DNA from: Balanoglossus misakiensis
Lineage: Eukaryota; Animalia; Hemichordata
Length of the DNA stretch: 64,000 nucleotides
Assembly: GCA_040954595.2 (NCBI GenBank)
Contig: CM082594.2
Span: 7,819,573 to 7,883,572 of the forward strand
Direction of reading: 5' to 3'
Part shown: in pieces, positions 53,301-61,196 of the stretch
How the letters are laid out: every line of letters begins with the position of its first letter
Position numbering within the stretch: the first letter of the stretch is position 1
Made by a program: the position numbers and the translations under genes
Notes under the pieces: generated by a model
The model's database searches: none
What the model was told of the DNA's origin: nothing
Seen by the model: only the letters and a program-made list of their open reading frames with translations

Positions 53301-56300
53301 AACCTGTGGCCTTTACATGTACTAGGGAAAATATATTTGAGAGTTAAACTTTTGGCTGTTTTATCAGTATTTTCATTCTGTATATCTAGCATGTTTACTT
53401 GTTCATCTTAACGAGGCATGATTAAATGTGTATAGTGCTAATCTTCTCAACATACCCCCATGGGTGCATGCACAATCGATGTATTCAAGTACGGGTTTGA
53501 ATGCATTTCTCAATAATAACATAATCGGCGCACATACACGCGACATGTTGGCAAGCAGAAAACTCGGGGCGTGATGGGATACTATACGAAAAAAGAGACA
53601 AAGAAATGTACAACATTAGCAAAACAAAAATACTGAAAAAAAATAGCTAGAAGTGGCCCTTTAATGAATTGAACATTTACCGGTAATAACCTGTGAGAAG
53701 TAGGCGGGTTACTGATCCATGAAAAGTACCTGTGCAGTCACTTTTGTTGGTAAGTAGGGCAAGGTTGGTCGTACAAAACCAGTGAAATGATCATGTTTGC
53801 AAAAAAACACATGGTCATGACCAGAACTGGACAATTTAGCACAGACTTCTTCAAGACAATCCTTCTTTGAGAGAGGTTTGAAAGCGTATGAATAAACAAA
53901 AGGTTATTTTTCACCATTGTCGATGCACGGTGACACCCCTCTACAGTAAAAAGTTCAAACCTTTGTCATCAGAAATACACAAACACACTCTCACCTTTTA
54001 AGAAGGGTTTACATATTGTTTGGGGGACAGGGGGATTATGGTACTCAGTTGAAATTTTAAGCATACTGATTACCATATGACTAAACAGATTTTAACAGAT
54101 TGATGTCCTGGTAGTCACAGAACAGCTGTTAACCCCAAAATATAACTTAAATTTAGTTCAGCCTGTATTGTTTTGAATGTTTTCATTGACAGTCAATGTA
54201 TTATTGGAAAACAGAGGGCATGTCTGGGTGAGGGAAGGCAAATGTGACAGGGTCAGACTGCGCAATGTTTTTTGTTAAGGTTGGGGAACATTGATAAATG
54301 ATTTGGGAGTGAACTGGTCGGCATACGCAAATATATTATCAACCTCTGATCTGTGACTGTATATATATGAAAAAGTTATATAATAAACGGGTGCCACACT
54401 CGTTTATTCAGCCGTCCATTGCAAGTGTACACAACTATCGCGGGATAGGCACATGGGTATTAAAAATCCCTGCAAAGACAAGTGCCATTTGTCGCCCAAG
54501 GATAAGGAGAAGTATTTTATATTTTAAGGATTAAAACTCTTGTAAAAAGAAGCAGCTATTGGGCTTAAAGCTAATTGCTGAAGGCAACCTCGATAAAATG
54601 ACTGAGGAACCCCAGTAACACTTACATGTACCTGGGTAACGCCCCTTAACAAAAACACTGCTGGAGCATTCAATAGCCCGGGGTACTGCCTGATTTCAAG
54701 GGTAAAAGCCAAAGACAAATTCTCTGTGTACTGCTAGACAAAAAGTTCACACTCGAAGGCCACCAAGACCTATATACTGTAAAACGGGAAATTTTCGTGA
54801 CAGGAAATTTTCGCAATATCAACGTTCTATGATTGCACACAATGATTTGAAACTGACAAAGTTCATGAAGATCTTTCCTGCAGGGAATTTGGCAATTCAG
54901 CAGGCACTGAGTAAAAAAATAATGATGTGTGATAAATAGCTAAGCTCTGATATTTGATACTTGATACAGTCATCTCTCACCATACCATGAGTTTGTATTA
55001 CAGAGATACATGTCTATGAACTAGCTTTTAAAGACAGCTGAGTTATAACATCAACCATATTATGACTGGGAAACTGTTACAAACAGTTCTGATAGTACCA
55101 ACTTGATATTTCAATTAAGAGACATGGCATGCCATTTGTATTAATTTTCAATTCCATTATTTTTTTTTTCTTCATTGAAAATGCTATAGGACTGGGGTTT
55201 TACCTGCAGGGAACATTTCTATATCTATCCAATGAACTCGTAGCATATCTTGTTTGTTTGGGACAACAATGGTAGAGCATTACAAAAGAGGGAACATAAA
55301 CATTCATTACTACGTAAAGCGGCACTTTCTTCCTTCAGGCGTACCAGTCAGTTCTGGTACAGTAACTACCGGTACAACTACTTACGCTAACTTTTCACTT
55401 CTAAAGGCAGCAGAAACACCGCCAATGAAAGAGAAAAGGCAATCAGCGTACAGGTATGCAGCAACCTTTGTCGTGTTTGTGGTGCTGTATTTCTAAATAC
55501 AGATACTCTTCATGATCTTTTCACTTGAAATCCAATTCATCTCGGATTACAATGGAAAATAGTGGTATTCACGTATTGCTCGAAAAATACTAAAAAGTTT
55601 ATGAGAAAAAGTTTACGACTTTGTTTTTCAAGGCACGTACTACCTTAATTCAGGTGGTTCTAACCGCTATAGACATGATCAAAGGAACCTAACAATAAGA
55701 AATCTAACAGAAAGGTTATAAAGATCTTATTTCTTGCTGGGTTTGAGCTACAGATGTCAAATGTTCGCAGATATTGGGGTTTTAAACAAGTTTTAATAAA
55801 TGTCTCTTAAAGGTATACAGTCACCTATGCAAATTTAGCTACAGTTACCATGGCGAACTAACATATAGCCAATCACAGATCTCCAGTGGGTGGCACACAC
55901 CATTACACTCAAATACACCAATTCAACCATGGGCGTATCTTCTTTGGTGGTGACCGTATACCTTATAGCTCAATCTCTGTAATTTTAGAGAAACTTTTTC
56001 TTACCATTGAAGCAATTTCTGTGAGATCGTACTGATCAATGACCACACGGCCCTGGCCTTCGGTTTTAAATGTGATGTTGTGGTTAATCCCTGTTTGAAA
56101 AATAAGGTGGCCACTCTGTGTGATCATTTTTGGTCTGAAAGAAAACAAAGTTGTACATCTTGATTAATTAATCAATACGCAATAAGGGTGGGGGGCTTTT
56201 GGTCATATATAATGATACTTCAGGAAGAGTTTGAAATACTAAAATATAACACCAACTTCCTTTATTGCGTATAGTATTACACGGGCGACCCACATATATG

Positions 56301-57132
56301 CGATGACGAAGCTACTGTTGGCAAGACTTGAAATCATGGCTGACCTTGATAACTTTCATGCTGTGTATAGTAATACAGTCATGTACTACGACACAATCGG
56401 TTTGCTAAACTTTCCCACCATCATCTTTTTCCGCCCCCGGGAATCATGCCATGCATGTTGTAATACAAGTATATTCTAAATCGGCTTGATTACTCTAGGT
56501 TCAATCGAGTGGAAAATGAACAACGCAAGTTGTTTAATCCAAAGGGAACGCATACTTAAAACAAACAATTTGTGCTTGCGACAAAATGGAATCAAAGTCG
56601 CTGATTTTGTGGTCACCAGCTAGATATTTTCTGTGGTGACCTCAAGTGATAAGCATTTATTACTCAACTCCGAAGTATGATGTTATACATGAAGCGCAGA
56701 AAAGTTGCTTCTTTGAAAGTAAAGTCAGGGCATCGTCTGCTTGTCTGCTGCCCATGCCCTGTCTGTCGTTCATCCCCTCGAACAACATTTTAATTTTCAC
56801 CATTCCGCGACCTTCACAGGATCTTGGAAAAGGACCGAGCAGCCGACAGTCACTAAAAGCCACCGTTTCTCTCTCACATTATCTTAAAATTAGTTCCCGA
56901 CTAAATGTATATTGCATCTACGGCTGTATGTTGCAAAAATTCTTAGGGGGCGTATCTCGGTTATATCACTTTCCCTCGGCCGATCCATCCCACGCACTCT
57001 CGGGAAAAAAAAGACAAGTACTCACTGCGAATCGTCACTGACAGCCCGTTTACTTTTCGGCTTGGCTGACGCCGCCGAAAGTAAAAGGATCGCCGTGAAC
57101 AGGGCGAGCCCTGACCGGCCGTCGGGAGCCAT
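19498..57132 (-). CDS. CUBN: Cubilin (complete multi-exon gene): signal peptide, furin-type site, N-terminal trimerisation/coiled-coil region, 8 EGF, 27 CUB domains
   Basis: Exon 1 (57132-57026) encodes [35 protein letters not shown]. Exon 2 (56134-56005) encodes [25 protein letters not shown], resembling human [25 protein letters not shown]. The coiled-coil exon is 43339-43166. Eight EGF repeats lie in about 42690-40080. I counted 27 CUB starts from about 39930 to 20153. The last exon, 19614-19498, ends GFRVQYNS*. Confidence 0.95.
20307..20399. mobile_element. MITE family 1 copy (intronic)
   Basis: TTAACCCTTTCACC...GGTGAAAGGGTT terminal inverted repeats; near-intact copy. Confidence 0.8.
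21512..21605. mobile_element. MITE family 1 copy (intronic, opposite orientation)
   Basis: TTAACCTTCTCACC...GGTGAAAGGGTTA with the shared core. Confidence 0.8.
26643..26682. repeat. Perfect 20-bp tandem duplication AAGATACCAGTTCTAACTGT x2
   Basis: Seen directly; intronic. Confidence 0.9.
28241..28317. repeat. (CA)n microsatellite
   Basis: Imperfect CA/CAGA repeat in a cubilin intron. Confidence 0.95.
29552..29628. mobile_element. MITE family 1 copy, one end truncated
   Basis: AGTTCCCTCTTTAAAGGTCCAACCTTACC...GGTGAAAGGGTTAA. Confidence 0.75.
30507..30630. repeat. (GGAT)n / (GACA)n simple repeat
   Basis: GGATGGAT tract followed by a degenerate GGAC/AGAC tract. Confidence 0.85.
34085..34177. 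mobile_element. MITE family 1 copy
   Basis: ACCCTTTCACCCCCAGTTC...CCATGGTGGTGACAGGGT. Confidence 0.75.
35104..35280. repeat. Dispersed repeat rich in CTATAG/TTCTATAGAA palindromic units (copy 1)
   Basis: Begins CCCTTACAAAAACATT and aligns with 42101-42232. Confidence 0.75.
36590..36780. repeat. (TATTG/CATTG)n pentanucleotide microsatellite
   Basis: Seen directly; intronic. Confidence 0.97.
38269..38449. repeat. (ATC/ACC)n trinucleotide microsatellite in cubilin intron 38256-38501
   Basis: Seen directly. Confidence 0.97.
39624..39688. mobile_element. MITE family 1 copy, one end truncated
   Basis: ATTGTTTTCTTTGGTAAGGTTGGGCCTCTAAAGAGGGAACTGGGGGTGAAAGGGTTAA. Confidence 0.75.
42101..42232. repeat. 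CTATAG-rich dispersed repeat (copy 2)
   Basis: CCCTTACAAAAAAACATT...GACATCTATAG...CCTATTGAATTTCTA...GTAGTTTTGGAC, collinear with 35104-35280. Confidence 0.75.
46402..46495. mobile_element. MITE family 1 copy in cubilin intron 2
   Basis: TTAAACCCTTTCACCACCATGGTTCAGTCC...GATGAAAGGTTAA. Confidence 0.8.
47822..48057. mobile_element. ~235 bp MITE with TTAAGGGAAGAACCACTTGATTT / AAATCAAATAGTTCTCCCCTAA termini and internal G/C runs
   Basis: Imperfect terminal inverted repeats, followed by a G run on the left and a C run on the right. A similar half-end lies at about 62388-62415. Confidence 0.6.
48196..48305. repeat. 63-bp-period tandem duplication (AGAGCGAAATTCSAAGTGTCC...AGTGAAATGC)
   Basis: Copies start at 48196 and 48259. 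Confidence 0.8.
51363..51440. mobile_element. 78-bp hairpin MITE (family 2, TAGCCTAGT...ACTAGGCTA) with perfect 9-bp target-site duplication GGCCTGGGC
   Basis: About 33-bp imperfect inverted arms. TSD copies at 51354-51362 and 51441-51449. Confidence 0.8.
52806..52900. mobile_element. TTAA-flanked MITE (GGTAG...CTACC termini; Kolobok-like)
   Basis: TTAA GGTAG...ACGCCTC and GAGGCGT...CTACC TTAA. A related end, GTACTACCTTAA, is near 55637-55649. Confidence 0.55.
55807..55966. mobile_element. TTAA-flanked MITE with AGGTATACAGTCACC / GGTGACCGTATACCT TIRs (Kolobok-like)
   Basis: 15-bp TIRs with one mismatch; TTAA on the left and TATA on the right. Confidence 0.65.
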
Positions 57133-57296
57133 CGCTGTTAGCCGGACGAGGTGTGAACGACTTCAGGTCAAGAACGTCGGATAACGGTGAACAGTTAGCT
57201 GCCTGCACCTGTGCTCGCCTACCGGCCGTCCAACCAGAACGCACGATGGAAAGTATCTCTCCCTCCTGTGTTGTAACCGCTACAAGAATAGTGCGA

Positions 57297-57355
57297 GGTC
57301 ACGTGGGCGACATTTACATATCTTAAGTAACCTCAAGTGATGGCATTGGGCGGGA
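57297..57355. promoter_or_regulatory. Cubilin proximal promoter: GTCACGTG E-box (CLEAR/TFEB/USF-type) and GC box GGGCGGG
   Basis: Motifs lie 165-220 bp upstream of the ATG, next to a CpG-rich first exon. Confidence 0.45.
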
Positions 57356-58892
57356 CATTCCACAGATTGTTAACATTCATGAAGGCGAAAGTCTTAATAA
57401 CAGTTTCATCTTCGTCAAAATTAATAGTAAATAGATTTTTATTTTTTAAAATAGTGTGTTGAGCTATTGACTACATCTTAGAAGGGAATGGTGTAAATAA
57501 ATGTTCAGTTGTGTCATGTAGTTTTTGATAACTTTTTACGAGTCGCAGCAGCTGTGACAATATCTCATTTTCTTTAAAATGGGATTTTAGCTGTCAAATT
57601 AGCGTTCTAAAATTATTTTGTAGAGAAAGAAAATGGCATAATATCACACACCAAATTAAACAGTTGTCTTGGGCATCCAAGGCCGGAATATGCGGGCCTA
57701 CAGCTAGCTTTACCAAACTTTTAAGTTTGATTTGCGTCATGGTTAAAGAGAAATTATCCAAACATTATGTTAAGGCATATTGATACAGTATTTTTGAGGT
57801 CAATGTAGCCACGGCCATTGGTCGATATAAGATAAAGCCAATGCTAGCTTCTTTCTATATAAACATTGCTTGTAAATTGTAGGCTAGTTGTACCCTCTCA
57901 AAGTGGGCGTATACACCTATGGGAAAGCATGATATATTCGTCGGGTCGTGTGGTCTGGTTAGACAAAAAAAAGTGTTTAGAGATTACTCGAAGGGCAATT
58001 ATAGTTTAGGCTAGGCTGAATTTCTTGCACCCTCGAAGAAGATATTATAATAACAGTCACGAGAAAACAGTAAGTTTCTAGGAATGAGGAAATGTACTAA
58101 TGACAAAGAAATCTTTTGTGCTAAGACGTGACTGGTACTGACAACTTTTCAGCCGGAACGCCTTCCCTGGCTGGGACCGGCCACGCCCCTTTCCTTGAAT
58201 CGGGGACGCAGTTTCCATGATAAGATGATGAAATCTTATTTGTAGCAGGTCCTAATATTGAGTCATGACTGAGGGTCAGTGGCGAGGTCGAGCCCTGGGG
58301 TCGAATTCAACTGCGTTGCGTGAAGCACAGGTCGCAACGTAGAAGGTGCGGTTAGCCCCCTGGGGGAATAGCTCGTGTCTTAAAGCGCTATTACAGTTTT
58401 ATCGTGTATAAACCACCGATTTCATGTTCATAACTTTACTTTCCATACACCGGACACGCCTATGGCATCGGCTGTTCGCTAGGTTAGATAAGAAAGTGCG
58501 AGCGACTGACAAGTGTCTGGCCTCTCGGTTTAGTATAGTCACGGTCGTAAAGAGATTAACCCTGAAAAAATTCTAGAGGGCGCAGATGTCTGATGAGTTG
58601 TAGGGCCCCAACAATGCACTTTACCGGAATCATGGTTTAAACTTTATTTTCTTAATCTTCGGGCAAAACACATATTTGTTTATACTTGGGCAAAACTCAT
58701 AAGAACTGGTGAAAATTGTGTAAGAAGGTTTCTGAAGCTTAAGAAAGTAGTCAACATACATACAAGTGTCCTCTTTATGTAAGACTTTATTACTAAGAAT
58801 AAACATAACATATGATAATGATAATAATATATAACATATAAGTTGGTCAATGACTAGACTTGCTCCACAGTTACAGCAAAAGCCAGCAGAGG

Positions 58893-60553
58893 CTAGAGCA
58901 GGATGCAATCTTTCTCAAAGAATCTGAGAATGTTGTCGACTGTAGACGAATCCAAGCTGCACTCCAGTAAATCTTCCCTGGACGCACTTGCAAGCATGCT
59001 GAGGGTACCGCAGCCTTGCTGCAACACAAGACACTGTACATCAATGTTAAGGATCTCACCTGTCATATGCCATGTTATTCTGGTTCAAGACAAGACACTG
59101 TACATCAGTGTTGAAGGGAAGGGGTCGTCGCGCCGCGTGGGTGTCCCCCTTGATGAGGATATGTCCCCCATATATCACTCAGTATTACCAGCCTGAAATA
59201 AAACTTCACCAGAGGTCTAACCAGTCCCTCACCAGATGATACTATGTTAAAGGATATCGTGGTGATTCAGTCCAAGCGTATGCAAGATCTGGATGACTGT
59301 ATCTTCTGACAAGAGATTGGACAGCGTCAAATTGATACGCTCTTTTATGATGGCCACGGCTGGTTTGCAAGTTGCCTAAATATGGAAAGAACAAGAAGAA
59401 AACACTGATAAGTCAAGTATGGATGTACTTAAGAACATCCATAGTCAAACCACAACAGAGAATGGAAAATACATAAGATGATTCACCACTGCAATGACTT
59501 AGGGGGCCTTGTCAAGGAAGAAATCATGTACATTTCAATTACCTTTGTGATTGTCAGCATGCACTGGACAATGTCACTTGCATTATGTGCTGAGAGTATT
59601 CTGAGCTTCGTCTTCAGAAATCTGAAAGAATAACATAAGTGCAACAGTGTCACAAATAAATGTGCAGTGTCATGATTGGATGAGAACCATGTGAAGAGTG
59701 CAGTGTGAAGATATTGTTCTGAATGCAACCCAGTGGAACAGTGTTTGACCGACACACTAGAAATTAGAATCAGCAGATAAACATTGATGTCTGCATCTAA
59801 CCTGTTTTGCAAAGATGACAGAATAGTCATTTCATTCTCTCCGAATAATGTCGCAGTGACTATCGCGTACCCATTGCAATGAACACTGATGAATCTGCCA
59901 ATCCTAAAATGAAAGCATTAATAATGAAATTAAGGATCAATTCATTTTTTCAAGACTTAAACGTCTGTCAACACTAACCTTTATGTTTTGAAATGCATAA
60001 GAACACACCAAGTACCTTTCTAAGAGTGCTGGTTCCATACTCTGTTGACTTTCAGTGGTGGACTCATTCAGTGGTATAATCATAAAAGCAATGGATGACA
60101 ATGGAAAAATACAGGTGTGCCTAATGGTGTTTTCTGAATCTAGAGAAGTAGAAACAAACAGTCATCATTAGTGATGAGGCACTATTGCACAACAGCTAGA
60201 GAACCATGCACACCAGTCTAGAATAGTTGAAAACAAGTGGTTTGTGATATTGAATCTCCACACTGTAGCCGGTGGAAGAGCCAACAATTACATAACAACA
60301 TGTATTTTAGAACACAACCATATAGACCAAGACCAAATACTGTCAACAAGGTTCAAGTTTCAGTAAGAGGGGGCCATTGTCATTATAATTTATGCCCAGT
60401 GTACATGAGACTTTACCCCCCAAAGACACGACAGTAGTACTCACATCTTAGCTTGTGTTCTTGCTGAAGATGCCTTGCTATATCACTGTTACGTAGTGAC
60501 TCATTCACGATCACAGGCCATCTTGCAGATGATGATCCCGAGACTGATGACAT
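58893..60553 (-). CDS. SPO16: SPO16 homolog (C1orf146/SCRE; ERCC1-like partner of SHOC1/Zip2), 224 aa, 6 coding exons, last intron U12 AT-AC
   Basis: Exons: 60553-60445, 60139-60016, 59903-59802, 59621-59543, 59375-59258, 59035-58893. They splice in frame to MSSVSGSSSARWPVIVNESLRNSDIARHLQQEHKLRYSENTIRHTCIFPLSSIAFMIIP...RIGRFISVHCNGYAIVTATLFGENEMTILSSLQNRFLKTKLRILSAHNASDIVQCMLTITKATCKP... This parallels recalled human C1orf146 (HKVRYS...IIFSLSGVAF...KFINIH...QQRFLGCNLRILPVHN...MCTIAKTTSKP). Confidence 0.85.
59036..59257 (-). other. U12-type (minor spliceosome) AT-AC intron, 222 nt
   Basis: 5'ss is ATATCCTTT starting at 59257. Branch site TCCTTAAC is at 59053-59046, about 11 nt from the 3'ss TAC at 59036. 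Splicing restores an open frame. Confidence 0.9.
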
Positions 60554-61196
60554 TGTCACTTAGACTTGGCCTTTATCACCTTGGCCTGATATCACCAACA
60601 CAAACTAAAAATGCAGAGAAATATATTTATACGTGTAGATGAAACTTCCAAACTGGCAAAGAACATCTCCACAAATCCACGGCAAGATTTCGTAGTTCGT
60701 GAGATGACAGAAAATCGAATTACTGCCACAGACGCACACCATTTTGCCCCCTTTTCTTCAAAAGACAGCAGCTCAAGACAAAGAACACCATAACATATAC
60801 ACAACATACCTTATGTTCTCAGCATTAATTGAAGAAACGTTGAATATTCGCAAATTTAGTTTGGGATAAACATGATATAAACGCACACAGGATGCAACAG
60901 ACCATGTGAAACGATATACAGTTCGCTGTTCCGTCGCCTGTGGGCGCACTATTTATACTCACCTCACTGTCGCATGTAATTCCACTAAAAAGTTTGAGAT
61001 TGGTGTATTTTGAGTGTCCTACTTGGAAAATTTATTAATTTCATGCTGTTGACTTTAAAAATCAACCACTGAAAGATTCATTTCCTCGTCAATAATATTC
61101 TACAAAAAAACCCGAAGAGTCTAAGCTTTTCGACCAGAAAAGTTCACGTTCGGTATCCAAGACGTTCGACTCCTGTCTTCAAAAACGCGCACATCT

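Noticed and set aside
56160-56175. Perfect 16-bp palindrome TTGATTAATTAATCAA
   Set aside because: AT-only core in an AT-rich intron near an acceptor; plausible by chance and no independent support.
57050-57244. 64-aa ORF at the cubilin 5' end
   Set aside because: Wrong frame; the signal-peptide frame starting at ATG 57132 splices correctly to exon 2.
58360-58550. tRNA-like 5' fragments (GGGGAATAGCTC; TTAGTATAGT)
   Set aside because: No B-box (GTTCRA) at the proper spacing and no cloverleaf.
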